From Candidatus Falkowbacteria bacterium GW2011_GWF2_43_32 (GTDB taxonomy: Bacteria > Patescibacteriota > Patescibacteriia > Patescibacteriales > UBA12465), in assembly GCA_000999715.1 (NCBI GenBank), contig LCGL01000001.1, positions 259,139 through 323,138 on the forward strand: a stretch of 64,000 nucleotides of DNA, read 5' to 3'. This document shows positions 46,472-55,694 of this stretch, piece after piece (the stretch's first letter is position 1; every line of letters begins with the position of its first letter). The notes beneath the pieces are model-generated. The model saw only the letters and a list, made by a program, of their open reading frames with translations. It made no database searches and was not told where the DNA came from. The position numbers were made by a program, and so were the translations under genes.

Positions 46472-47974
46472 ATGAGCTTGGCTAAAAAAGTGGCCCATAA
46501 TACCCTGATCCAGATTGCCGGAAAAATCGTCTCTACGATCTTGGGTCTTTTCGCTTTGGCACTCATCACCCGTTATTTGGGCCTGAACGATTTCGGCGAA
46601 TATACCACCGTCATGACGTTTCTGACTTTTTTCGCCGTCATTGCCGATTTGGGGCTGATGGTCGTCACGATGCAAATGATCAGCGGCCATCACAATCAAG
46701 AAGAGGAAAATAAAATCATCAATAATCTTTTCGGCTTTCGCTTGGTCACGGCTTTAATCTGTTTTGCTTTCGCGCCCTTGATAATACTTTTATTCCCCTA
46801 CAGCCCCGCCATCAAGCTCGGCGTAATTATTTCTTTGGCCACTTTTTTCTTTCCGTCGCTCAACCAAGTCATTGTCGGCTTGTTTCAAAAAAGACTGAGC
46901 ATGGATCGCGACGTAGTCGCGGAAGTGGTCAGTCGCCTGGTATTAATCGTCGGCATTTTCGCGGCCAAAGAATTGCAAGCCGGATTTAACGGCATTTTAA
47001 TCGCCACGGGCGCTTCCAGTTTCGCCAACTTTATCTGTCACTATTTGCTGGCCGTAAAATTTGTCGCGATTAAGCCGGTTTTTAATTGGACAATTTGGAA
47101 AAAAATAATTTCCAAATCCTGGCCGCTGACCATCACTATCGTTTTCAATTTGATCTACTTGCGCGCCGATATTTTGATTCTGTCTTTATTCCGCGGCGCC
47201 GATGAAGTCGGTTTATACGGCGCGGCCTATAAAATCATTGACGTACTGACCGCTCTGCCTTTTATGTTCGGCGCTTTGATTCTGCCGATTATCACCACCG
47301 CCTGGCTGGACAATAACCCGGCTTATTTCAAAAAAGTCTTGCAAAAATCTTTTGATTTTATGGCCATTGTCGCCATTCCTTTGGTAATCGGCGCGCAATT
47401 TCTCGGCCAACCGTTAATGTCGCTCGTCGCCGGTCGCGATTTTATCGCCGCCGGCGGAATTTTACAAATCCTGATTTTTGCCGTCGCGGCCATCTTTTTG
47501 GGCACGATGTTCTCTTACGCGGTAATTGCCATGGACAAACAAAAAAAGATGATCGGTTTCTATGCCTTTACCAGCGCCACTTCCCTGATCGCCTATTTGA
47601 TTCTGATTCCTCGGTTTTCTTATTTGGGCGCCGCCGCCGTCACTATTTACAGCGAGGTCTTAATCGGCCTCTTCGCCGCTTATTGTCTCTTTAAATACAG
47701 CCGCTGGTTGCCGGGGATAAAAACCTTTTTGAAAGTCCTGTTCAGCGGTGCCGTCATGGGCGGCTTCCTATATTTTCTGGCCATCGGCCGATACCTCGGT
47801 ATTCTGGAATTGATTTTGATCATTAGCGCCGCTAGCTTAATTTATTTTTCTTCTTTATACTTGATAGGCGGCATCAAACCTGAAGATCTCGCCGCCATTT
47901 TCTCTCGTTCCCGAGAAAAAAACACCCCGCCTTACAATCCCGGCGACGAGCTCGGCTCGGGAACCGGACTATAA
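46472..47974 (+). CDS. MOP-superfamily flippase (Wzx/MurJ-like polysaccharide/lipid II transporter)
   Basis: 500 aa with about 12-14 TM helices. The N-terminus MSLAKKVAHNTLIQIAGKI is typical of polysaccharide biosynthesis protein families. Confidence 0.7.
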   Translation: MSLAKKVAHNTLIQIAGKIVSTILGLFALALITRYLGLNDFGEYTTVMTFLTFFAVIADLGLMVVTMQMISGHHNQEEENKIINNLFGFRLVTALICFAFAPLIILLFPYSPAIKLGVIISLATFFFPSLNQVIVGLFQKRLSMDRDVVAEVVSRLVLIVGIFAAKELQAGFNGILIATGASSFANFICHYLLAVKFVAIKPVFNWTIWKKIISKSWPLTITIVFNLIYLRADILILSLFRGADEVGLYGAAYKIIDVLTALPFMFGALILPIITTAWLDNNPAYFKKVLQKSFDFMAIVAIPLVIGAQFLGQPLMSLVAGRDFIAAGGILQILIFAVAAIFLGTMFSYAVIAMDKQKKMIGFYAFTSATSLIAYLILIPRFSYLGAAAVTIYSEVLIGLFAAYCLFKYSRWLPGIKTFLKVLFSGAVMGGFLYFLAIGRYLGILELILIISAASLIYFSSLYLIGGIKPEDLAAIFSRSREKNTPPYNPGDELGSGTGL

Positions 47975-47981
47975 AACAAAT

Positions 47982-48758
47982 ATGACCACTAAACTTTTAT
48001 CCGTTGTCCCGGAAATAATTTCGGACAACGGCGAATATTTGATAATCAACAAACCGGCCGGCCTGGCCGTTCACGGCGGCGGCAATTTGAAAGAGCCGAC
48101 TCTGGCGGATTGGCTGATCGCCAAGTATCCCAAAATCAAAACGGTCGGCGACGATCCCGCGCGCCCCGGCCTGGTTCATCGTTTGGACAAAGATGTCAGC
48201 GGACTGATGGTCATCGCCAAAAACAATAAAAGTTTCGCCAATCTAAAAAATCAATTTAAAAGTCGTGAAATCAACAAAGAATATTTGGCGTTGGTGCACG
48301 GCCGTTTACTGAAAGACGAGGACACGATTGATTTTCCGATCAAACGTTCGGCCGCCGGCTATAAAATGGCCGCCCTGCCCTTGAATTCTTCGCGACTGCT
48401 CACCAGGCGACATCCCCAGGGACGCGATCAAGGCAATATTGACGGTTGGTTTAAGTCTCGGCCAGCCACAACCGAGTTCACGGTCTTAAAAAAATTCGTC
48501 AATTACGCTTTTCTGCGCGTTAAAATCATTACCGGCCGAACACATCAAATTCGTGTTCATTTGTCCGCCTATGGCCATCCCTTGGTCGGCGATGATTTAT
48601 ACGGCACCAAAAAAACCAAAGCAAAAAATAAAAAGTTGGCGCTGGGCCGCATTTTCTTGGTGGCCAATCATCTCAGTTTCCTTGATTTAAAAGGCAAACA
48701 ACAAGATTTTTCCCTGTCTTTGCCCGCTGAATTAGAGGCCGTTTTGCCGAAACATTAA
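47982..48758 (+). CDS. RluA-family pseudouridine synthase
   Basis: Catalytic motif HRLDKDVSGLMV and RTHQIRVH. Confidence 0.88.
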   Translation: MTTKLLSVVPEIISDNGEYLIINKPAGLAVHGGGNLKEPTLADWLIAKYPKIKTVGDDPARPGLVHRLDKDVSGLMVIAKNNKSFANLKNQFKSREINKEYLALVHGRLLKDEDTIDFPIKRSAAGYKMAALPLNSSRLLTRRHPQGRDQGNIDGWFKSRPATTEFTVLKKFVNYAFLRVKIITGRTHQIRVHLSAYGHPLVGDDLYGTKKTKAKNKKLALGRIFLVANHLSFLDLKGKQQDFSLSLPAELEAVLPKH

Positions 48759-48852
48759 AATTAACGCCAAATTCAAGCGCCGTTTTTGACGTTTAAAAGA
48801 ATTTACCGTATAATATAGATGAAAATTTAAAAAAATAATTAAAATAAAAATT

Positions 48853-49860
48853 ATGAAAAAAATCATAAAGAATTTATTTTCTCGGGAAAAGTTTACCCGA
48901 GTCACCTTACCGATCCTGCTCGTGGTCGCTTTGGTGCTAATCGGTTTTTTCTCGTTCTACAAGCCAAGCCAAAACTTGTCTCCGGAACAAGCCAAAACCA
49001 AAACCGAGCAATTCATCAACGACTATTTGATGACCGGCGGCAATAAAGCGACCGTTAAAGAAATCACTCGTCTTTACGGCCTGTATAAATTGCAGGTGGA
49101 TATCACCAGCGATGTCGTGGAGTCTTACGTCTCCAAGGACGGGAAATTATTTTTCCCGCAAGCCCTGGACGTCGATCAAATCAGCACCACTCAAAATAAC
49201 GCCGCCACCACCGGCGCCACCGGCGGAAATGCCGCTCAAGTATCGATTAAAAGCGACCGACCGACCGTGGAATTATTCGTCATGAGTTATTGTCCTTACG
49301 GCACTCAAGTAGAAAAGGGCATGCTGCCGGTTTTGGCGGCTCTGGGCGACACCATTTCTTTTGAGTTGAAATTCTGCGATTACGCCATGCATGGCGAAAC
49401 GGAGTTAGCGGAAAATTTAAATCAATATTGTCTGCAAAAAGAACAATCGGATAAATTCGCTCCTTATTTGCAATGCTTCTTGGAAGCCGGCGATTCCGCT
49501 GCTTGTTTGACTGCCGCCAATGTCAATAAAACCAAATTGAACAATTGCGTCGCTAGTACCGACAAGGAATATAAAGTTACGGCCAACTTCCAAAATCAAA
49601 TCGGTTATCAAGGCAGCTACCCGGGTTTTGACGTCAACAAGGCCGATAATCAAAAATACGGCGTCGGCGGTTCTCCGACCTTGATTATCAACGGTCAGGA
49701 AGTTTCCAGCGGTCGCGACTCCGCCTCCTTGCTGAAAACCATCTGCAGTGCCTTCAATGAAGAGCCGGCCGAATGCGCCACCGTCTTGTCCGGCGCCACT
49801 CCGGCCCCCGGTTTCGGTTCCGGCACGACCGCCAACGCGGCCGCGGCCAACTGCGAATAA
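48853..49860 (+). CDS. membrane-anchored thioredoxin-fold (DsbA-like) protein with CPYG in place of CxxC
   Basis: N-terminal TM helix. The motif VELFVMSYCPYGTQ sits at the position of a thioredoxin-fold active site. The domain is Cys-rich, and the motif GGSPTLIING is present. Confidence 0.5.
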   Translation: MKKIIKNLFSREKFTRVTLPILLVVALVLIGFFSFYKPSQNLSPEQAKTKTEQFINDYLMTGGNKATVKEITRLYGLYKLQVDITSDVVESYVSKDGKLFFPQALDVDQISTTQNNAATTGATGGNAAQVSIKSDRPTVELFVMSYCPYGTQVEKGMLPVLAALGDTISFELKFCDYAMHGETELAENLNQYCLQKEQSDKFAPYLQCFLEAGDSAACLTAANVNKTKLNNCVASTDKEYKVTANFQNQIGYQGSYPGFDVNKADNQKYGVGGSPTLIINGQEVSSGRDSASLLKTICSAFNEEPAECATVLSGATPAPGFGSGTTANAAAANCE

Positions 49861-49989
49861 ATTTAAAGCAGCGAGCCAAACCGTTAAATCATCGGTTAAA
49901 ACTTCAAATAAAAATTGCCAATTAAAAACAAGCTTTGCAAAGCTTGTTTTTAATTATCTCAAATAAATTTAATTACAGCGAACACATTC

Positions 49990-51216
49990 TCAAATCCTTC
50001 CTCGCGCTTTTTCCGCCGCTAAAATTCTCTTGACGGCGATGATATAGGCCGCCTGGCGCAAAGTAATCGCGCCCGGTTTTTCCTGATATTTACCATAAAC
50101 CCGACTCCAGCCGCTCTTCATTTTCTTGTCCAAAAGTTGACGCAAATAATCTTCATCCAAAATTTGTCCGGTTCTGTTTTGCGCCCATTCGAAATAACTG
50201 GTAATGACGCCGCCGGAATTGGCCAAAATATCGGGGACAACGATTTTACCGGCCCCGGCCAAAATTTGCTCCGCTTCGTAATTGACCGGCCCGTTGGCCA
50301 ACTCGACCAGATAATCCGCCTTGATATTGGCCGCATTATCTTTGGTGATTTGGTTCTCCAAAGCGGCCAAAATTAAAATATCCGTTTTTAATTCCAGTAA
50401 TTCCGCATTGCTCACCGACTGTCCGCCCTTATATTCGTTAACGGCTCCGCCGCCGTTCTTTAAAGCGATTAATTCCTTGATATTCAAACCGTCGGCATTG
50501 TAAACGCCACCGCGACTGTCGGAAACACCGATAATCTTATAACCGTCATTGGCCAATTTTTCTGTCATAAACAAGCCGGCGTTTCCAAAACCCTGCACGA
50601 CGATCTTAATGTCCTGACGATCGCTTAAAAAGTTTTTAATCAACTCTTTGGTAATCAAATATCCGCCCTGGGCCGTCGCGTCGCCGCGCATGCTGATGCC
50701 GCCCAATTCTACCGGCTTGCCGGTAATCATGCCCGGCTCGTGCCGTCCTTCCCGTTTTTCAAATTCATCCAACATCCAGGACATAATTTGACCGTTGGTA
50801 TATACGTCCGGCGCCGGCACATCCTTGTCTTGTCCCAGATACTGATGAAATTTACCGATATATTGACGGCTCACTTCCTCCAATTCTTTTTTGTCGGCCG
50901 CTTTCGGATCAAATTTGACGCCGCCTTTCGCGCCGCCGTAAGGAATGTCGGCCAAAGAATTCTTTAAGGCCATCCAAAAAGCCAAAGCTCTCACCTCGTC
51001 TTCGCTGACATCCGGATGAAAGCGGATACCGCCCTTGCCCGGACCGAGCGCTTCGTTAAAAACGATCCGCCAGCTGGGATATTTCCGACCATTAATTTCC
51101 AACTCGGCATAATTTGACTTGACCGGAGCCGAAAAAACGCTCATCTCTTGATCGCTAATACCTTCCAGCGCCTGAATTTCTTTCAAGCGTTTTTGATTAT
51201 CCTCAAAAATACTCAT
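49990..51216 (-). CDS. gdhA: Glu/Leu/Phe/Val dehydrogenase family (glutamate dehydrogenase)
   Basis: Motifs GPGKGGIRFHP, YGGAKGG and Rossmann GFGNAG. Confidence 0.88.
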   Translation of the reverse strand: MSIFEDNQKRLKEIQALEGISDQEMSVFSAPVKSNYAELEINGRKYPSWRIVFNEALGPGKGGIRFHPDVSEDEVRALAFWMALKNSLADIPYGGAKGGVKFDPKAADKKELEEVSRQYIGKFHQYLGQDKDVPAPDVYTNGQIMSWMLDEFEKREGRHEPGMITGKPVELGGISMRGDATAQGGYLITKELIKNFLSDRQDIKIVVQGFGNAGLFMTEKLANDGYKIIGVSDSRGGVYNADGLNIKELIALKNGGGAVNEYKGGQSVSNAELLELKTDILILAALENQITKDNAANIKADYLVELANGPVNYEAEQILAGAGKIVVPDILANSGGVITSYFEWAQNRTGQILDEDYLRQLLDKKMKSGWSRVYGKYQEKPGAITLRQAAYIIAVKRILAAEKARGRI

Positions 51217-51248
51217 ACGATTATTTATTGGACCGACGGAGGCCGATC

Positions 51249-51581
51249 TTATTGCAAGAAAGCTCCGAGGTCCGCTTTTAAGGTTTCTTTGTTTTTTAAG
51301 CCGATAAACTCCGCAATCACTTTTCCGTCTTTAAACAGCTTCATATTGGGAATATTTTGAATCTGATACTCCGCCGCCAATTCTTGATTGGCCGGATTTT
51401 CAATATCCACTTTGGCGATTTTCACTTTATCGGCCATCTCCATGGCCATTTCATCCAAAATCGGGCCCATCATTTTACAGGGCATGCACCAAGGCGCCCA
51501 AAAATCCACTAATACCGGCTGAGCGCTGTTCAAAACCTCGGCCGCGAAATTTTCTTTGTTGACTTCTAAGGGTTTAGACAT
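51249..51581 (-). CDS. trxA: thioredoxin
   Basis: 110 aa with active site WAPWCMPCK. Confidence 0.93.
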   Translation of the reverse strand: MSKPLEVNKENFAAEVLNSAQPVLVDFWAPWCMPCKMMGPILDEMAMEMADKVKIAKVDIENPANQELAAEYQIQNIPNMKLFKDGKVIAEFIGLKNKETLKADLGAFLQ

Positions 51582-51654
51582 AAGTTTATTTCTTAATTTA
51601 TTATTATTTATTAGCCTGTCTGCTATTTTTTATTGTCGTTACTTATTATCGCGA

Positions 51655-51915
51655 TTATTTATTGATTATTTCTTTAAACATTTTTTCCAACCTGATTTTG
51701 TTCGGTTGGCGATAATTCACCAAACAATGACTTAATTCGGCCGTCACAATCTTTTCCATTAAGGCCGCCAGTGCGGAACGCGCCGCCTTCAATTGAATAA
51801 GCGGGGCAAAACAATCCCGGCGTTCGTCGGCCAGCATTTTTTTCACACCTTCCAATTGGCCAATAATATTGTTTATTCTTTGTTCGGCGGTTTTGATCCG
51901 TTTATTCACTTTCAT
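51655..51915 (-). CDS. csoR: CsoR/RcnR-family metal-sensing transcriptional repressor (x-C-H-C fingerprint)
   Basis: Motifs RINNIIGQLEGVKKML, DC (first Cys) and LSHC (His-Cys). The start is set at MKVNKRIK (ATG 51915). Confidence 0.8.
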   Translation of the reverse strand: MKVNKRIKTAEQRINNIIGQLEGVKKMLADERRDCFAPLIQLKAARSALAALMEKIVTAELSHCLVNYRQPNKIRLEKMFKEIINK

Positions 51916-51922
51916 ATATCCT

Positions 51923-51952
51923 ATTATATAACACACCCCTATGGGGTGTCAA
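51923..51952 (-). promoter_or_regulatory. consensus promoter with embedded CsoR-type operator palindrome; probable leaderless start
   Basis: The minus strand reads TTGACA (51952-51947), 18-nt spacer, TATAAT (51928-51923). The palindrome ACACCCC-TAT-GGGGTGT (51933-51949) lies inside. Only 7 nt separate the -10 from the ATG. Confidence 0.55.
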
Positions 51953-51984
51953 GAGGCGAGTCATTTTGGCGGCCAAACCGACGC

Positions 51985-52677
51985 TTATCGGCGCACGACG
52001 CACCAATAAGACCGATTGCGAAAACTCTCGACAACGACGCTGCCGGCCGCGGCCATCGTTTTTTTCAACTCCCGTCCGGTAAACACATGATAATAACGCT
52101 GGCTGACGATTTGACCCGCCGAGTTCTTCCAGGGGAAGATCAGCTCCCGCCAGCCGGCCGTATGTCGACCCATGATTCGCCGCCAAATATTCTTTAACAA
52201 GCGACGGCGATCTTTCGCCTGCGACCATAAATTCCAAACGCTAATCACCAAATATCCTCCGGGTTTCAGTTTTGCCAACATTTCTTCCACGGCTTTAACC
52301 CGCCGCTCTTTTGTCGGCAAATGATGCAGAACCGCCAAACAAAATACCCAATCAAAATCCGTTTCGGGCACGACGCCAAGATCTAAAATGTCGGCAATGA
52401 AAAATTTTCTGTCCGGATAAGCGTGTTGCGCTTGAGCCAACATCTCGGCGCTATTGTCCGTCCCCCGATATTCTATCGGCTTATCGACAAAGGCTTCCAA
52501 AAGTCGTCCGTTGCCGCAACCGACATCCAAAACCCGACTGCCCTCGCACACTCGCTCGGCAAAAAATTTCATTTCCGGCCAAATTTCTTTTTTTCTGGTA
52601 ATATCAAAATCAACGGCAATTTCCCGATAATTGCGCTTCACCAGCTCCATTAGTTTGTCGGCCGTCGTCGTTTTCAT
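51985..52677 (-). CDS. class I SAM-dependent methyltransferase
   Basis: Motif I VLDVGCGNGR. 230 aa. Confidence 0.75.
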   Translation of the reverse strand: MKTTTADKLMELVKRNYREIAVDFDITRKKEIWPEMKFFAERVCEGSRVLDVGCGNGRLLEAFVDKPIEYRGTDNSAEMLAQAQHAYPDRKFFIADILDLGVVPETDFDWVFCLAVLHHLPTKERRVKAVEEMLAKLKPGGYLVISVWNLWSQAKDRRRLLKNIWRRIMGRHTAGWRELIFPWKNSAGQIVSQRYYHVFTGRELKKTMAAAGSVVVESFRNRSYWCVVRR

Positions 52678-52742
52678 GCCGTTAAAATTAAACTTAAATA
52701 TGACTACTTAAATATGGTTACCTATATACCTGTCTCGAATAT

Positions 52743-54524
52743 TTAGCCTAAGTATTCTTTATGAAGATAGTTTTCTCCGCCACGGGAACTGTTCCTGTGA
52801 AGCTTGACGCAACTGTCGCAACGTCCGCAAGGTTTGGCGTTCATATCGCCGAAATATTTCAAAATATATTCTTGCCGACAACCCGGATGATAAGCGTAAT
52901 TTTCCATTTCGGCCAGCTTTTCGTAAGCGCACACCGCCTTGTCTTTCAAAGCTTTAAAATCCAAATTCAAATCTTCCGGCGCGACTATTTTCAAAATCTT
53001 GATTTCCGTGCCGCGATACGGCGGCCGATATTCCACCAAATCTTTTTCCGCCAATTTTTTGACGGCGCGCAACAAAGAGTCTTTTTTAATTTTTAACACC
53101 ACCGCCACCTCCTCCGGACTGAATTGCCAACCGTTTTGCAATTCAACCGAATATTTTTCGCCCAATCCGGCCACTATTTGCGCTTGACTGCGGGCGCGTT
53201 GACCGACGGCGGCCGCCACCTCCGCCCAATCTTTTTTCGCTCTTAAAAAAGAGCTGGCGGTTTTTTCGTTCGGTCGCGCGATATAAGCTTCTCTTTCCAA
53301 AATTTTCAGCGCCGTCCCGATCGCCATTTCCGGCACGGACTCGGACAGGCTCTGCGCTATTTCCGCGTAAGTGATCAAAATTGAAGCGGACGGATCAATC
53401 TCCATTCCGGCGCGATTCAACAAAAAATCATATATTTCCAAAATTATTTTCGGATCGGGATTGTCGCCTTTGATGAAAAACTCCCGCAGATAGCGGTCTT
53501 GTTGATGATAAAATAACAAACAAAAACTGTCTTTTCCGTCCCGACCGGCGCGACCGGCCTCTTGATAATACGCTTCGATTGTCCCCGGCAAATCATGATG
53601 AATAACGAACCGAATATCTTTCTTATTAATCCCTAAACCAAAAGCGTTAGTCGCCACCACGACCGAAGCCTTGTCGGACATGAATTGTTCCTGAACCCAG
53701 TCGCGACTGTCCGCATCCATGCCGGCATGATAGCCAACCGCTTTAACGTCGTTCTCCACCAAAGCTTCCAAAATTTCATCGGCTTTGGCGCGCGTACCGG
53801 CATAAATAATCCCGGAACCGAATTCGGGGTTGGTAGTCAAAAGATTGACTATATTTTCGATTTTTTGTCCGTTAGAAGTCGGCACTACCGCGAATTGCAA
53901 GTTCGGACGAGCAAAACCGGTGACCACCGTATCGGCGTTCTTGATGCCCAATTGTTTAATGATGTCGTCGCGCACTTCCGGCGTGGCCGTCGCGGTCAAA
54001 GCTGCTACCGTCGGCGAACCGACCGATTTGATAACTTCTTTCAATCTGAGATAGCTGGGACGAAAATCATGTCCCCATTGGCTGATGCAATGGGCTTCGT
54101 CAATCGCAAACAAAGAAACTTTAATTTGTCGAAGTTCCGTCAAAAAACTTTGATTATAAAACCGTTCCGGCGCGACATAGACTATCTTATAAACGCCCGC
54201 TCTTATCTGCGCCAAACGCCGAGACGTTTCCAAAAGCGAAATTGAGGAATTGATAAAAACCGCCGGAATGCCGACGCGATCCAAAGAATCCACCTGATCC
54301 TTCATCAAGGCAATCAAGGGCGACACGACTATCGTTATCCCTTCCAAAACTAAAGCCGGCAATTGATAAATCAAAGACTTTCCGCCGCCGGTCGGCAAAA
54401 CCACGACCGTATCGCGGCCGGCCAAAATATTATCAATCGCCCTTTCTTGACCGGGCCAAAAAGATTCATAACCGAAATGAATTTTTAACAATTCCTGAAG
54501 TTGTTTTTTCTGTTTTTGAATCAT
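52743..54524 (-). CDS. recQ: ATP-dependent DNA helicase RecQ
   Basis: Motifs LPTGGGKSL and DEAHCISQWGHDFRPSY, the Zn-binding Cys cluster, and a C-terminal winged-helix/HRDC-like region. Confidence 0.92.
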   Translation of the reverse strand: MIQKQKKQLQELLKIHFGYESFWPGQERAIDNILAGRDTVVVLPTGGGKSLIYQLPALVLEGITIVVSPLIALMKDQVDSLDRVGIPAVFINSSISLLETSRRLAQIRAGVYKIVYVAPERFYNQSFLTELRQIKVSLFAIDEAHCISQWGHDFRPSYLRLKEVIKSVGSPTVAALTATATPEVRDDIIKQLGIKNADTVVTGFARPNLQFAVVPTSNGQKIENIVNLLTTNPEFGSGIIYAGTRAKADEILEALVENDVKAVGYHAGMDADSRDWVQEQFMSDKASVVVATNAFGLGINKKDIRFVIHHDLPGTIEAYYQEAGRAGRDGKDSFCLLFYHQQDRYLREFFIKGDNPDPKIILEIYDFLLNRAGMEIDPSASILITYAEIAQSLSESVPEMAIGTALKILEREAYIARPNEKTASSFLRAKKDWAEVAAAVGQRARSQAQIVAGLGEKYSVELQNGWQFSPEEVAVVLKIKKDSLLRAVKKLAEKDLVEYRPPYRGTEIKILKIVAPEDLNLDFKALKDKAVCAYEKLAEMENYAYHPGCRQEYILKYFGDMNAKPCGRCDSCVKLHRNSSRGGENYLHKEYLG

Positions 54525-54574
54525 TATAGTTAGCAGATAAATTGGCTAATATCAAATAAATTATTATCACAAGC

Positions 54575-54603
54575 TTGACAAAATAATAAAATAATTATAT
54601 AAT
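54575..54603 (+). promoter_or_regulatory. perfect consensus sigma70 promoter
   Basis: TTGACA, 17-nt spacer, TATAAT, 26 nt upstream of the ATG at 54629. Confidence 0.55.
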
Positions 54604-54628
54604 TATTTCATCATCAATACTTTGACAT

Positions 54629-54814
54629 ATGAATGTTTCGCCCACTTCTCCAGTTTTAATTGCCCGGGCTGGTTTTGTTCTTTGCGCAGTCCTGACAGTC
54701 ATATTGTTCTTTTTGTCTATCGGCGGTCGTTTCAACGATCCCGAAATATCAATTTCCGCGACGGGAGTAGCTTTTATTTTAACTATCATTTGCTTATATC
54801 GAAGCGTCAAATGA
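54629..54814 (+). CDS. hypothetical small membrane protein (61 aa, 2 TM)
   Basis: Two clear hydrophobic helices plus the consensus promoter. Preferred over the antisense 82-aa ORF at 54595..54843. Confidence 0.45.
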   Translation: MNVSPTSPVLIARAGFVLCAVLTVILFFLSIGGRFNDPEISISATGVAFILTIICLYRSVK

Positions 54815-54843
54815 AAACGCTCGTGAAAATTTAGACCGTTCAT

Positions 54844-55653
54844 TCAGGCGGTCTTTTTTATTTCCCGATTTCTTTTGTAAATTTCCAAAACATTTTTAAA
54901 TAAAAAAGCAATCGTCATCGGTCCGATTCCTCCCGGTACCGGCGTAATGAAACCGGCTCGATCTTTAATATCTTCAAAATCAACATCGCCCAAAATTTGA
55001 TCGCCCTTTTTCGTAATGCCGATATCGATAATCGTTGCCCCTTCCTTGATCATGTCTTTTTTTATTTTTTGCGGTTCGCCCAAAGCGGTAATCAATAAAT
55101 CGGCGACCACCGATTGGCTTTTCGGGACAATCTGCAAACCGAGTTTTTCCAAGGCCTCTTTAATGCTCAAACCGAATATTTCGGAATTATATAAAACACA
55201 AGCGGTTTTTCCGACGGCCGAAAATTTTATGGATTCCAGGCAAGCCAATACGGAAGCCAGAACCGGAGAAACAACATACTCCGGATGGCGCGGATGAAAA
55301 CCGTCCGCATCTTTTTGAGAATCAATGGCGGCGATGATCTTGTCAGCATCAAATTTGCTCGGCAACGGCAATTGCACCAAAATGGCGTCAATCAAAACAT
55401 CTTTATTCAAAAAATCAAGCACTTCCAAAATTTCTTTTTCCGAGCTGTCGCCGGCCAATTTGTAAATATGAGTGTCAACGCCGACAACTTTACCGACACG
55501 CTCCTTTAAAGACACATATAATTTGGAATCCTCCCGATCGCCCACTAAAACAACGGCCAAGTTCGGTCTTGGTCCGTTAAATTCGTATATTTCTCGCGCG
55601 ATTCGATCTTTAATTTTGTCGGCAAGCTTGGCGCCGTCAATTATTTTTACCAT
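54844..55653 (-). CDS. folD: bifunctional methylenetetrahydrofolate dehydrogenase/cyclohydrolase
   Basis: FolD collinearity with motifs YV..K and PGGIGPMT. The start is set at MVKIIDG (55653). Confidence 0.9.
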   Translation of the reverse strand: MVKIIDGAKLADKIKDRIAREIYEFNGPRPNLAVVLVGDREDSKLYVSLKERVGKVVGVDTHIYKLAGDSSEKEILEVLDFLNKDVLIDAILVQLPLPSKFDADKIIAAIDSQKDADGFHPRHPEYVVSPVLASVLACLESIKFSAVGKTACVLYNSEIFGLSIKEALEKLGLQIVPKSQSVVADLLITALGEPQKIKKDMIKEGATIIDIGITKKGDQILGDVDFEDIKDRAGFITPVPGGIGPMTIAFLFKNVLEIYKRNREIKKTA

Positions 55654-55694
55654 ACTGCTTGATACAATCAAATTAATTTATCGATTGAAATAAT

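Noticed and set aside
51793-52237. Overlapping ORFs 51793-52197 (+) and 51902-52237 (-).
   Set aside because: They overlap the csoR promoter region and the 3' part of the well-supported SAM-methyltransferase gene. They have no motifs and their composition is atypical.
54595-54843. An 82-aa minus-strand ORF directly after folD.
   Set aside because: It has no recognisable features and competes with a plus-strand two-TM ORF that has a perfect promoter. It is retained as an alternative in the findings rather than called as a feature.
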